A DNA stretch of 64,000 bases from Neoconidiobolus thromboides FSU 785 (GCA_025603075.1 MU626357.1:15905-79904); one strand, 5' to 3'. Shown: positions 13,004-25,596, counted from the first letter of the stretch. Numbers and translations: made by a program. The notes: generated by a model from the letters alone, not told the origin.

Positions 13004-14509
13004 ATGGCTTTAGGCAGCATTGATGATAATGTAATAATCGGGGTTATGTTCGTATGGAACTTATTCATTTTAAGTACATCTGGATTATTCTACTACCTAC
13101 GCTCAAATTTAACCGTTAAGTTTCGTAATGTGCCATTGACTTTATTAGGGGTCATTAGTACTCTATTACTTAGTAATACTTATTTTATAACAATCTTAAA
13201 GCCCAACACAGTACCATGCTATTTTGTTCTATGGGCTTTATCTTTAGGCGCACCAACCTGGTTTTTAACCTTTTTTGGCAAATATTTTTTATTGGCTTTT
13301 AGTTATCAACATGCCAAATCCAAATTGAAAGCCAATAGCGATCTCACCTTTTTAGAAGATAGTCCCGCTGTCGCGGATAAAAACGAGCTGGGCTTAAATA
13401 CTAACTTGGATTCAACATACCCTTCAACTGTGGGCTTCTTTACCAATTTAAAAAATAACCGGGATGTCGAATTGGGCCGTAATTGGTATCATCAAAATAG
13501 GAATCGTTGGACAACTCAATCGGTATGTGTATGTATTATTGTTATGCTTGGTTTTCATGCTGTGGTAGCTGCATTGACTCAATGGTTGGATCCAAATTAT
13601 CATAAATTAGCAGTTCCTCAGTTAAATTGTATTCAAGGTAATGGTATGATTCCATTGTTTGCTACCGCTATTTTATATTTTGGTGTTGGTGGGCCATTTT
13701 TAGTTATTATGTTGTGGCCAGCTAAAGATGCTTACTGGCTTAAGTTTGAGTTAGTAGCTTTAGTATTAACTACTTCTCCAATCATTACTTTATTTTTATT
13801 ATTTACTTATGTACAAGCCCTTGGAGATAGATTCTACCCTGTAGCATTCTTATTCCCATTTCATTTATTAACTCATTGTTCGTCTATATTAATTCCTGTT
13901 ATAGATGTGTACCGAATGCATTTAAAGAAAACACCTAATAACTTTGCTAAATTTCATCTTATGTTGAAAGATCCAGATCAATTTACTGATTTTAAAGAAT
14001 TCACTGTCAGTGATTTTACAATTGAAAACCCCTTATTTTATGAAGCATATATTAATTTTTTAAATGAATATGACCCTAATTTATTAAACGATAAAGTCGA
14101 TCATCAATCTGATACCAAGAAACACACGCGTTCTTTAATCCCAAAGATGATAAAGTCTAAATGGAATCCTTTAAGTTCTAGTAGCAACCTTGGTGCCGAT
14201 ACAGACAAAGATGTACCAATGGAAAGGTTGAGTAACAATGTAGTACAGGTATTGAGAAGTAATCAAAACGCTACTCTACGCCCCATGACAGGTAATGAGA
14301 CAAGAAAACTTATCCAGCTTTATGATAGATTTATTGCACCTGGATCCGATTACCAATTGAATTTGAATGGTACTACCGTAAGGCAGATTAAAATGAAAAT
14401 CAATGGTCAGGAATATGACCCATTGATGTTGATGCCCGCCTTAAATGAAGTACTCGATTCGATGTACCGTAATACCTATGTGCGTTTTATCAAATTCCAA
14501 CAGTTTTAA
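13004..14509 (+). CDS. 7TM-RGS protein, paralog B, intronless
   Basis: Same architecture as 7413-8918, with long identical peptide blocks. Confidence 0.9.
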   Translation: MALGSIDDNVIIGVMFVWNLFILSTSGLFYYLRSNLTVKFRNVPLTLLGVISTLLLSNTYFITILKPNTVPCYFVLWALSLGAPTWFLTFFGKYFLLAFSYQHAKSKLKANSDLTFLEDSPAVADKNELGLNTNLDSTYPSTVGFFTNLKNNRDVELGRNWYHQNRNRWTTQSVCVCIIVMLGFHAVVAALTQWLDPNYHKLAVPQLNCIQGNGMIPLFATAILYFGVGGPFLVIMLWPAKDAYWLKFELVALVLTTSPIITLFLLFTYVQALGDRFYPVAFLFPFHLLTHCSSILIPVIDVYRMHLKKTPNNFAKFHLMLKDPDQFTDFKEFTVSDFTIENPLFYEAYINFLNEYDPNLLNDKVDHQSDTKKHTRSLIPKMIKSKWNPLSSSSNLGADTDKDVPMERLSNNVVQVLRSNQNATLRPMTGNETRKLIQLYDRFIAPGSDYQLNLNGTTVRQIKMKINGQEYDPLMLMPALNEVLDSMYRNTYVRFIKFQQF

Positions 14510-15286
14510 TTTTTCTATTCCTTTTACTAAGAACTATATGTTCGAATAAATGTTTATTTTGTTAATAAAAATTTTGACCTTTGTTATGTTTATGGTTTAC
14601 ATGGACAAATTTATAACTATGTTATAATAAAAAGTATTTGGTACTGCAGCCTTGATTATTAATATCTTCATAAGTTTTGAAATAATTTGAATTCACAATA
14701 TATAAATATGCAAGAGCTCATTGTTAATCAAATTGATAATGCTTATACAAGGAGAACGTAGATTAATTTAATGCTTTAGTTATGAGTTAAAAAAATTAAA
14801 CATTCAGTTTATAAAATCATTCTATCAAAAACATCCTATTTTTTAAATTAGTTATTTCTAGATGCTTTTATTATAAAACTGTGAATTTATTCAGATTCAA
14901 TATTCAGATTCATTCTGCTCAGCTTTATAAAATTTATTTTTATGCCCGATTTCATATTACTTTCATATATTACAACTATTAATAATATGTTGCTCATACT
15001 TTTTTGATCACTTCCAAACTTCTAATTTCATCAAGTATTTTATAGCCAATGAAGCTAATTTAGTAGCTACACTCATAACCTTGCCAAAAAGTGCATTCTT
15101 TTAATCCAATAAAAAATCTAATCGTTAAACCCTTTAAAGAGGAATTAAAATGGTACGATTTCATAGTAAGTTAAAGATGCAGAGATTTAATTTGCTAAAA
15201 AATCCAGTGTTATGATTCGCTCATAAATCGAACTAATAAAAAAAAGTATAAAAAGGTTTTATCAAAACATAGATTGAGAAAGAAAG

Positions 15287-16301
15287 ATGATAGCCGAAAT
15301 GCAAGCATTTGTTCAACAAACAGTCGAAAGTTGTTTAGAAAAACCAACGTTTATTATTCCTGATGGTTATCTTCCTAATGCGTTTGAAAATGCATGGATG
15401 GAAATGTTCAATTATGGAAACCCTTGGTTAGTGATTACCGTGTTTTCTCTGTGCTTACATGAGATTTTTTATTTTGGTAGATATATTCCCTATATGATAT
15501 ATGACCAGATCCCTTCTTTACAGAAATATAAGCTTCAAGAGGTAAAACTATTTGTTATCTATATATTACAAAATTAAGCCGTATTTAGGATAAAGTAGTA
15601 ACCTCTGAGGAGAGGTGGCACTGTACAAGGCAAGTGCTATTTGTACATTTCTTTTATGCTGGCGCTTATATCGTTTTCTTTTACCCTGTTGCTAAAACTC
15701 TTGGCCTAGACTTTTTTAAAATCCCATTCCCAGACTGGTAAATTAATATTATATTTTATAAAGTTAATATTTACTTATTAAAAACAGGAAAGAGCTTTTT
15801 GTTCATTTAGCTGTCTGTTTCATTGTTGAAGATTCTTGGCATTACTGGTTACATCGCGCCATGCATTATGGTCCTTTCTATAAATACATCCATAAAGTTC
15901 ATCATGAGTACTCCGCCCCCTTTGGTATTGCTGCCGAATATGCTCACCCCATTGAAGTAGCACTATTAGGTTTAGGTTCCTTTTTAGGGCCCATGTTAAT
16001 TTTGGGTGTAAGCGGAAATATGCACGCAATTACAGCAGAAGCCTTTGTAGCTTTACGCATCTGTCAAGCTGTAGAAGCTCACTCAGGTTATGATTTACCC
16101 TGGTCCTTACATAATATTATCCCATTTTGGGCTGGTGCTGAACATCATGATTTTCATCATCAAGCTTTTGTTGATTGCTATGCATCATCCTTCCGTTGGA
16201 ACGATTCCATCTTTGGGACCGATAGTAAATATCACTCTGCTAGAGAGCGTATGAGACAAAAGAAATTAAAGATGAGTCAGAATAAGGATAAGACTCAGTA
16301 A
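15287..16301 (+). CDS. ERG25: C-4 methylsterol oxidase, 3 exons
   Basis: His boxes HRAMH, HKVHHEY and HHDFHH, plus APFGIAAEYAHPIE. Confidence 0.93.
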
Positions 16302-16682
16302 ATTTAGTAATTAATTCAAAATAGTATATTATAAATAAATGTTTTTAAATTCATTACTGGTTTTTTGGATTGTTATAATACAACTTCGATATTCTAAACA
16401 ATTTATAACATACGGTTAATTATTATTAGCAAATTTGTTGATTAATCGAATAAAGCAAACATCAAGAAAATGTTTTTAAAAATACTTTTATGATTTTTAT
16501 AAATAGTATATATATATTTTTTGTCTTTTAAGTAGTATATAATTTGTTTTTAAAGTATTTTAAATAGTTTACAATTGTTCCTACTCTAGTTCTTTGATAA
16601 AAGATAAGAATTTACGTTTTATGATTGGCTAACTGAAACCCATAAACCCTTTCAAAAAAATTATATCTTTTCACTCACAATA

Positions 16683-17716
16683 ATGTCCAGTTTAAGAAAC
16701 AGTGTACAACGACGCAATCATGCCGAAAGAAGTCAACCAGCCCGACGACAACATTTGGGTATCTTAGAAAAGCATAAGGATTATAAGCTCCGTGCTACAG
16801 ATTATCATAAGAAACAAGATACTTTAAAGAAATTGAGAGAAAAAGCAAGATTCCGTAATGAGGACGAATTTTATTTTAAAATGATAAACACAAAGACGAA
16901 GGTGAGTAAATTGAACTTAATCTTATATTGAAAAAATTTAAGGATCAAAATTTAGGGTGGTGTTCACATCAAAGAAAGGAGTGGTGTGCTTGGTGCAGAT
17001 ATTATGAAATTGTTGAGAACCCAAGATTCTAATTATATTCAACAAATGATTAACATTGAGCAGAAAGTAAATTGATTAAAAGTTGTGAATTAAGTTATTA
17101 AACATCACTTTAGCAAATAGAAAAATTAAAAGATGGACTATCGTTTATTGATGAAGGACAAGAAGAAGAAGAAGAAGAAGAAGAAGAAGAAGAAGGGTTT
17201 AAGGCTAAAAAGAAAGTCAAACACACTATATTTGTTGATGAGGATGAAAACAGTACTGTTTAAATAACATTTTAATACCAAATGCTCATATATTTATAGT
17301 TGAAAGCTTTGATGTAGCAGACCATTTCGATACCTTACCTTCTTTAGTGGAACAAAAGCACTTGCGTTTACGCAAAAGTACATTAAAGAACAAACCATTA
17401 GATCCTGATTTTATGAAAAAGGTAGTTATATAGCTATTAAGTTGATAATCTTATTTAGAATTAGGAATTACTTGAACAAAGGAATGAACAAAAGAAAGGA
17501 GAATACGCCCATCTCAAAGAAAGAATGGAACGTTTAGATCAGTTGAAATTGGCTTTAAGAGAAAGTGAGATTCAAAAATCATTATTGGTAGTTCATATGT
17601 TTCTCAAGTCAACATTAATCTAATTTAATTTTTAGGGCAAAGGTAAAAAAGAAAAGATTGGAAAAGATAGCCGAGGTTTGACTATTTGGAAGTTTCAGCA
17701 AGTTAGAAAGAAATAA
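16683..17716 (+). CDS. UTP11: U3 snoRNA-associated protein 11, multi-exon
   Basis: [19 protein letters not shown]...[11 protein letters not shown]...[10 protein letters not shown]; ends WKFQQVRKK*. Confidence 0.95.
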
Positions 17717-17769
17717 GCTAGCAAATTAATAAAATCTATAGAACATAAATAAAGAGTATAATATTTAAT

Positions 17770-20121
17770 TTATTTAATAATTATTATGAATAAAATGAAG
17801 AATAATAAAATTGAGTTATAACTAGTTTTAAGGAAACAAGAAATATTTTGAATATCCTTGATGATAAACAATTTTCCTACTCTTTTGTTATTATTATCTT
17901 TAGCATGAATAGAATTTAAAATCAAATGTGTGGAATTATTCATTGTCATAAATTGTATGTTATAGCCATATCGATCCCTTTCCTCTCCTTTGGCTAAACA
18001 TTTCAATTGATTTTTGATTTGATCATAATGATAAATTTGCCCAGATTCCCATTGAGCTAATGGGTGATTAATTATAAGATGTTGGTTATGAGATATCATC
18101 TTCATTCCTAATAATGAACCTGGATCTTTAGTATCTAAAAAAGCAGGAGTATTATCATCTATTTCAATAATACTTTGATCATCGAGTAATGAATTTAACT
18201 CGTATTGATATATATGGCTTGTTAACCAATCTAAATCCACTTTCTTTTTTACAGTTGCAGTAATAAATATGGAATTCTGATGGAGTTTAAAATGCTGCCC
18301 TATATTTTGTACTGCGCCTTTGGCACTTATTTTGATAAATCGATTGTCAATAAAACCCTGACTATTTAATTTAATAACTTCAATTGCTCCTTTATTATTA
18401 TATTTTGACATACCTACTAACAAGTAACTGTTTTGATTATAATTAATAAACTCAATATGGCTTCCGAAAGATACAAAGCTATTTAAATTATTTGGGAAAA
18501 TACAATAATCTGGTTGTTCTGGTATACCTTTATCTTTTGTAAGATAAACACAAACGTTTCCAATAAGCTCATATTGATCATTTGAATAGTTGGGTGAGCT
18601 TACTATCAAATCCAATTTATTATCATTATTTATATCCTGAAGGTATACTTTTTCTGCAAAATTGGTATAACTACTTTGATTATAAAGTAACTTAGGAACA
18701 GTAAACGTTCGTCTTAGAGTATATGTAATACCATCAAACAAGTGAAATCTACCTTGATATAAATTAAATTTATCAGCAGAATAATTAGGTTCGGTTATAA
18801 TTAAATCTTTTATATTTGTTGAGTTAGTAGTAATAAACTGAATATCATTTCCAAATCTACCACTACTCATAAAGTTCAATGAAGGTGATTGTATTTCATT
18901 TAATAAGTTGAAATCTAAATCATAGATATAAACTGAGCCAAACTTGTTATAGGTGTGATACTTGTTAGGCACACTTACAGCTATTAATTTAGCTTTCTCA
19001 TCTACGGCTATGGAATAACCAAACATAGCATCAGGTTCTTTACCATAAACTGAATTTGTGTCTAGCTTTTGATTACAATTCAAATCAATATCAGTTCTAT
19101 TAAGTGATATTGATGTGGGCGGTGTTCTGTCTTTGATGTTCGTAATTTCATCCAAAATTTGTTGAGGAGAAATGGAGCTTTGAGAAGATAAGGTATTTAT
19201 AAAATCATCCTGATTTGGTACTGGATTGGTTAAATCGATTGATTGATATTTCGGAAATTGAACATTACAAAAGCCTTTTTTTGTTGGTTCTTTATCATTT
19301 GCTTGTTCAATCCATTCTATTAAATCTTTCCAGCAATACGTAACATTATCAATCAGTGAATTCAACCCTCCTTTAAAGTATGTTTCATATTGATCAACTA
19401 AAAATGGGGATTGATTTGTTTCTAATCTACCTAAAATCCTTTTGCCTTGTAGCTTGATAGCTTGAGTAGCCGAATACCCAAAATTCATACATGTTTTTAA
19501 TTGTGATAAACTCAAATTATTATAATTCATTGATTTATAGATATTGATTAAATCCTCATATGGAACATCCCAAACTAAAGAAAGATGATCCAAATTTTGC
19601 ATCCTTGCTAATACAAACTCTGCTCCAATATCTGCAATCGTATGAGCTTTACCATAATTATTATTCCAATCACTCTTTGATAATGTATCAATAAATCCCA
19701 AATTACGTTGGTCTAACGAATGCCATGCTATATCTGCAGTACCATGTGAAACCATACCGAATAGAAAAGTTAATAAATTATAAAATTTATTTGTCTTATC
19801 ATCTTCTGTTGCTTTATACCCATTAACCAAAAAGTTGTTGAGTTGTTGAGTGTATTGTTGTTTGATATAATTTAAAGTAACTAAGTAAAAAGTTGGCCAA
19901 TGTGCTTCTTCACTTTCGTTTGATAAGCTTAAACAATTGTAGCCAAAGTCAGGGAAATAAGAGCCACTTTCTAAACTGTTGCGGTGGAAGGATAAGAGCT
20001 TAAAGTAGCTTTCATTATCGTTTAAACGTACAATATTTCGTAAGCTTACTTCGATATGTGTTATCATACCATTACTACATACATTGTAAATATACAACAA
20101 TATGATAAATAGATACCTCAT
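17770..20121 (-). CDS. GPI-specific phospholipase D (GPLD1)-like protein with FG-GAP repeats, intronless
   Basis: Signal peptide, then NGMITHIEV, GSYFPDFGY, GMVSHGTADIAWH and AHTIADIGAE matching the GPLD1 Zn-dependent domain; FG-GAP-like repeats (FGYSIAV, GRFGNDI, DLIVSSP); hydrophobic C-terminus. Confidence 0.85.
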   Translation of the reverse strand: MRYLFIILLYIYNVCSNGMITHIEVSLRNIVRLNDNESYFKLLSFHRNSLESGSYFPDFGYNCLSLSNESEEAHWPTFYLVTLNYIKQQYTQQLNNFLVNGYKATEDDKTNKFYNLLTFLFGMVSHGTADIAWHSLDQRNLGFIDTLSKSDWNNNYGKAHTIADIGAEFVLARMQNLDHLSLVWDVPYEDLINIYKSMNYNNLSLSQLKTCMNFGYSATQAIKLQGKRILGRLETNQSPFLVDQYETYFKGGLNSLIDNVTYCWKDLIEWIEQANDKEPTKKGFCNVQFPKYQSIDLTNPVPNQDDFINTLSSQSSISPQQILDEITNIKDRTPPTSISLNRTDIDLNCNQKLDTNSVYGKEPDAMFGYSIAVDEKAKLIAVSVPNKYHTYNKFGSVYIYDLDFNLLNEIQSPSLNFMSSGRFGNDIQFITTNSTNIKDLIITEPNYSADKFNLYQGRFHLFDGITYTLRRTFTVPKLLYNQSSYTNFAEKVYLQDINNDNKLDLIVSSPNYSNDQYELIGNVCVYLTKDKGIPEQPDYCIFPNNLNSFVSFGSHIEFINYNQNSYLLVGMSKYNNKGAIEVIKLNSQGFIDNRFIKISAKGAVQNIGQHFKLHQNSIFITATVKKKVDLDWLTSHIYQYELNSLLDDQSIIEIDDNTPAFLDTKDPGSLLGMKMISHNQHLIINHPLAQWESGQIYHYDQIKNQLKCLAKGEERDRYGYNIQFMTMNNSTHLILNSIHAKDNNNKRVGKLFIIKDIQNISCFLKTSYNSILLFFILFIIIIK

Positions 20122-20689
20122 TATATTAATAAATAAACAAAAAAGTTAGTAAAAAGATGAGCTAAAAATGGTTTATAATAGTAATCATCATAGTCATGCT
20201 TTTTTTTTCTTGTTTTTAATTTACTTTGTTTGTCATTTATCATCTGTTCTTTACTTTATCCTTTATAATAAAATTGGGTAAAGGCATTATGTGGTTAAAT
20301 GATTTTGTTTTATTGGTTTAATTGATTTTTAAGGAACAAGGTGTGGAAAAATTAATCATTATAAAATGTAAAACCTTTATTTTTTATATATAATATTGTT
20401 TATAATGATGACTAAGCTACTGTTGTAAATGTATTAAAATATTTACTGATTAAGAAAGCAATAATTGCTTTTATGATTGCGCAGGTTTTGTACTTCCATT
20501 GTTTAAATAATAACATGAACCTTTTATATAATATTTATCTAATATCCTAATAAATCGAATTAATAAATTTTAATATATTAATATAATGTTATATGATCTT
20601 TTTTAATTTTTTTTAAATATTCAAAATATAGAATTCCATAAAATGTTTATACTATAAATAACTTTTTATTAAAAAATGAGAAAAGATAA

Positions 20690-22261
20690 CTATTGATCTT
20701 GTTTATGGAATAAGAACCAAAATATTATAGTAAGTACACCAAGTAAGGAAGTTTGAATACCGAATAAAATTACAAAGTTAGGGTCCACAGACCAGATGGC
20801 TAAAATTAAACCGATAAGGGCACCACCACAGTTAGTAAAAAGATAAAGTGCCATAACAACGGATTTGAGTTCAGGAGCAGCATATTTAAAAGCATACTCA
20901 AGTCCAGTAGCTGATGCAAAAATCTCTGAAATAGCAACCAAAGCATAAGCTGGAATTTGCCACCAAATACTTATATCATTCATTGGATGTTCAACACCGC
21001 TTGGGACATTAGTAAAGTCGTAGTAAGGACCAGTTTGATAAACGATATGTTGTAATACAGTAGCATAAACAAACCCAAGAGTACAAAGAATGAATCCAAT
21101 AGTAATACGTGTGATGGGACCTAATTTGAAACCGCATCTTCTTAATAATGGGAAGACAAAGCCATCGAATAATGGAATACAAGCAACAATTACAATAGGA
21201 GCTACCAAGTTAAGTTGTTCAGCACCTAACCATTCTGGATGAGCCATACTAACACCCATATTGATAAAGTTATCAAACATATTGTAATAAAGTGCCCAAT
21301 AAACAACATAGAAGGAGAATACTTTACAAGCATTTAAAGTCCCCTTTAATCCATCAACAAATTTATCATCCCATTCAATGTTGTTTTCCCTGCTTACTAT
21401 AGCAATGTCCAAGTCGGTTTCATTTCCAAAAGATGATTCAACCTTAGCATTATCTAACCAATGTTCAGCATTTGGATTTGATCCTTTATGAGCAAGAGCA
21501 TAACGAATACATCTAATAGCTTTAAATAACGGGTTACCATTGATCTCTTTTTCATTGAATTTACTCCTTCCAAGAATGAAAATAGCAATTCCAACTACAA
21601 AGATAATTCCGGGAATACCATAAGCTAAAGGATATGAGTTACCCTGTCTAGCTAAGATAGGACATACCAATTGGCCAGTGAAGGAACCAATATTGATAGC
21701 CCAATAGAAGTAACGAAACACACGTTCAACGGTTAAATCATAATCATAATAAGTATTATCATTATTTCCAGATGGAATTAAACCATGAGGAACTTGTTCA
21801 GCAGCAAATGCTGATACGTTAGCTTTGATACCACCAGTACCCCAAGAGATGAAAAGATAAAGAGCAATACAGAAACCTGGTAAAGCAAAACCAGAATCTA
21901 AAGAGGCAGGAATTGCGGATAAAGATAAGACAATGAGACCAGCTAAATACCAAACAGCAAAACATAAGATGGTTTTAAATTTGCCTAAGTAAGAATCCGC
22001 TATACTGGCACCAATGATTGTAGTGAAGTAACAGAGGAAACTGAAGGCTCTGTTCACAGCAGTAGCATTGGATTTACCAAGTTGTAATACATCGAGCACA
22101 TAAGGCACGAATAATAAAGAAGCACCATAGAATGAAAAACGTTCACATAGTTCCATCACAATGATAAACCATGCAGATTTTGGTACAGGCCCTGGTACCT
22201 TTTTAATCTCAGTGGTGTCTTCATAAAAGCTTTGTTGATGTTTTGTTTTTGGAGAACTCAT
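20690..22261 (-). CDS. PTR2: POT/PTR family peptide transporter
   Basis: ExxERFSFYG motif (MELCERFSFYG), GTGGIKANV, FYWAINIGS, GLEYAFKYAAPELKS. Confidence 0.93.
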   Translation of the reverse strand: MSSPKTKHQQSFYEDTTEIKKVPGPVPKSAWFIIVMELCERFSFYGASLLFVPYVLDVLQLGKSNATAVNRAFSFLCYFTTIIGASIADSYLGKFKTILCFAVWYLAGLIVLSLSAIPASLDSGFALPGFCIALYLFISWGTGGIKANVSAFAAEQVPHGLIPSGNNDNTYYDYDLTVERVFRYFYWAINIGSFTGQLVCPILARQGNSYPLAYGIPGIIFVVGIAIFILGRSKFNEKEINGNPLFKAIRCIRYALAHKGSNPNAEHWLDNAKVESSFGNETDLDIAIVSRENNIEWDDKFVDGLKGTLNACKVFSFYVVYWALYYNMFDNFINMGVSMAHPEWLGAEQLNLVAPIVIVACIPLFDGFVFPLLRRCGFKLGPITRITIGFILCTLGFVYATVLQHIVYQTGPYYDFTNVPSGVEHPMNDISIWWQIPAYALVAISEIFASATGLEYAFKYAAPELKSVVMALYLFTNCGGALIGLILAIWSVDPNFVILFGIQTSLLGVLTIIFWFLFHKQDQ

Positions 22262-24657
22262 AATTGTTATAAAGTTATTTTATGTCTTCGGTTAGTATTG
22301 AGTTGGCGAAGTAAATGTTTATATTTATTTATTTATATTTGGATATAAACAAATACTTTTTTTTGTTTTTTTATCTTGAAATCTAAAGTGATTTTACTTC
22401 ATATTTATACTTTCTTTAATCTCTCAATGGTCAATGAGCTAATGATAAATAATTTTTTAAATAGTAGATAATATCACCTATTGACATATTTGTATCAATT
22501 TAAATTACCACTTTTGAAAAGTTTAAAACTTAAATCATAAAATTAAATTTTAGGTCATCTGATCAATGAGATCATTTTAGCACATTAACGTTTAGTTTTA
22601 TTAAAATGAGGCCCAATTTAATCAATTATTACTCATAATTGTTCCTGTATTGAAGAATAATCTTATGTCAATAAGGGTTCAATTTATCTTAGTGAATTAA
22701 AAATAAACCAGCTGACTGATGAACCCTTATTTCTGGCTAAACTATAATTTATTTGAATTAGAAGTATTCTAAACTTATTATGCTCTGCTAATTGACACTT
22801 TAAAAGTATATAGTCATAATATATTAATAAATACTATTTTGATAAAAATATTGTGGTTGTACATGACAATATATTAGAATATCATAGCATAATAGAAAAT
22901 ATTAAAAAAATAAAGAATTAAACCACTTTCTATTAAATTAACGATAATTTAAAAGCAGTGGGAAATCAGTACAACCAAATTCCGAACTGTATTTTCATAG
23001 TTTTTTCCTAATAAAGTAATTTTCTTTAAAACTCCAAAATTGGATCGAATTTTGAATTTCGATAAATTTTTCATTTTATTTTTTAAATGAGAACAAATTT
23101 ATTTAATTATGATGTTTGAGCCTATTTATAGTAAAATAACCCGACACCAATATAAAAATGAATGTAAAATTATTATAAGTTGTTAATTTAAGTTGCAATA
23201 TATATATATAAATAAACGAAATTATCTATATATTGAAGTTATATTAAAATGTCATTATTTCAACTTTCCCTACTTGTTTTCTTAATTACTTTTGCATTTA
23301 TAAACTTAGTAATATAATCACTAATTACTGATTATTATTAGTTTATAACTTTCATTTATTATTTGAAGTGAAAGTATAGTTTACGGGATAAAGTAATTTT
23401 CCAAAATGTCTATACAAACTTTCTATTTAGTATTACGTAAGGATTATAAGTATAATATGTATAATATATATATTATATAGATTTTTTAACAGTTCTCTAG
23501 CCTTTATCTACGTGATCTAACAAAATTTGCTATGTAATAAAGTAATGTCTGCTAAATCTATTAATAGAATATTTGAAATATTTTTTAAATAATTTAGGTT
23601 TAAAAAGAAACCTAAAAGCTTGAAAGAATTACAAAAAATTAACTTAGAATCTTTTTTTTTTACCTGTATATAAAAACTGTCTCTATGATTTGACTCAAAA
23701 TTCATTACCACTTCTCTCCTTAACCTCACTGTCATCACAAGTCAGTGGGAAGCTCTCTAAAGGCTAGAATCGCATTAAACTAAATTATTCATCTCTAATT
23801 TTTAAAACAGAATAAAATCATGAACACGACATTATATCTTTTAGAAACTATTCACCGATAGTTCCGTGTCCCTCAAGTTAACTACTTGGATATTGTAAAT
23901 TTTTATTGTTGTAAATATATTACTTGGGGCCTTCGCCTTTTAAGAGAATAAAAAAAGCAGCTTATAAATAGATGCTTATACAATTGTTTTAAAAAAGATT
24001 TTTAATTTTTTAAAACTAACTACTAGTATTCTTACATAAAATATCTATTTTTTTTAAAACTGGTTTTACTATATAATTTTATCTTCTTTTTCATATATCA
24101 AATTATTATTCTGTCTAAAGTTTAACTCACCAATCCCCTATTTCCGAAGCTGTATTATTGACTTAATACTGCTTAGATTAGGTTTTCCCTAGCAAAGATA
24201 ACATGTAAAATAACTTTATCTTAAAATTTTTGATCCTTACCTTTTTATAGTAGAAAAACCTACTGCTTTTTGTGAAATCCTTCCTTCCTTTTTTTAATCT
24301 TACCTTCTCTACTTAACTCATGCTTTTATACTAATAAATTGTTTTATTTAATAAAAAACCCAAAGTTGAATATTTCTAAATTCAAAAAAAATAAAAATAA
24401 GAATAAGAAAATAATAAAAATTATACTACTTTAGTTTATTATAATTAATAAATTTTAAAACAAGTTCTATATAGCCTAATAATTAATTTATTTTTTTATA
24501 CTAAATATATATTTAAACAATTATTATTTAAATAACTTAACTTGACTTAACTTTATAAAAAATTTAAAACTATAAAACATCTCTTACATTGTTATTTAAA
24601 TATTTTTTATTGATATTTTCTTTTTTACATTTAAAGTTATTATCAAATTTATTGTAT

Positions 24658-24751
24658 GGGGATATATTTTTTTTAAGAATTTTACTAGCAATCTTTCCAC
24701 TCAACTAGTCCTTAAAAAAATGGAAAGTGATAAAATCAAAAAAACATCCTC
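24658..24751 (+). mobile_element. MITE copy 6
   Basis: GGGG...CCTC termini; flanks GTAT/ATAT. Confidence 0.85.
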
Positions 24752-24977
24752 ATATATTTAATAATTATTATAATTTAAAAATAAAACAATAAATTTTTAT
24801 TATCAAACTATAGTAATTAAATATTTGAACAAATTTTACAGTAGTCTAAATACAGCTTTAAATGTTTTTTAATGTAATAAACAATAAAATTCAAAATCAT
24901 GTTTCTTTATTCAAAAGCCCAGTTAATAAAAAAAATTTTTTTTAAGCATTTTAATAATTGGACAAAATAAATCAAAT

Positions 24978-25074
24978 GAGAGTGTTATTTTGGCTTCATT
25001 ACTTTTTCCATCTTTTAAACGCTATTGAGTGGAAAAATTGTTAGTAAAATTCTTAAATACAAAAATACGTCCCC
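24978..25074 (-). mobile_element. MITE copy 7
   Basis: GAG...CCCC termini with an exact AAAT/AAAT TSD. Confidence 0.9.
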
Positions 25075-25596
25075 AAATTGTCTTTAAAACACTCAACTCA
25101 AATAGGAAATTTTATAAGAAGGATATGAGAATGAAGAATTCAACACCATTATTTTAACATGATGGGAGTAGTCTATTCATTATTAATAATAATCCATTTA
25201 AAGAGATAACTATTAGCTATCTAAATTTCTAAATTAGCAACTACTACTTTTCATAACTTTTTAATCCCCCTCAAATTAGCTACAAAATTCTTCTTACTCT
25301 CTATTAACTTTCATTATCTTTTACTAAGTACAAAATTTCTCTTATTTTTTTCAGTCAAAAAGAACTGATCTTTACACTAGCAGTCACAAAAATGATTTAA
25401 AAAAGTGATTCAAAAAATAACATTAAAAATCCCTTTGAGGGAGATTTAATGGCGTCATATTTGTTTCAAATCACCTTATTATAAAAAAGGATTAATTTAT
25501 TAAGAGAAAGTTAAGTAATTAACAATCTCTTTTTGTTATTAAATTTCCAAAATTTCAATTGTAATAATAAAAATAAAGATAAAAATAATACAATAA

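Noticed and set aside
15287-16301. Sterol or secondary-metabolite cluster linking the P450 and ERG25
   Set aside because: They are 14.5 kb apart with unrelated genes between them, and there is no backbone synthase in the window.
22705-22745. CTGATGA as a hammerhead ribozyme core or snoRNA box C
   Set aside because: No stem II or GAAA follows, and no paired box D or terminal stem was found.
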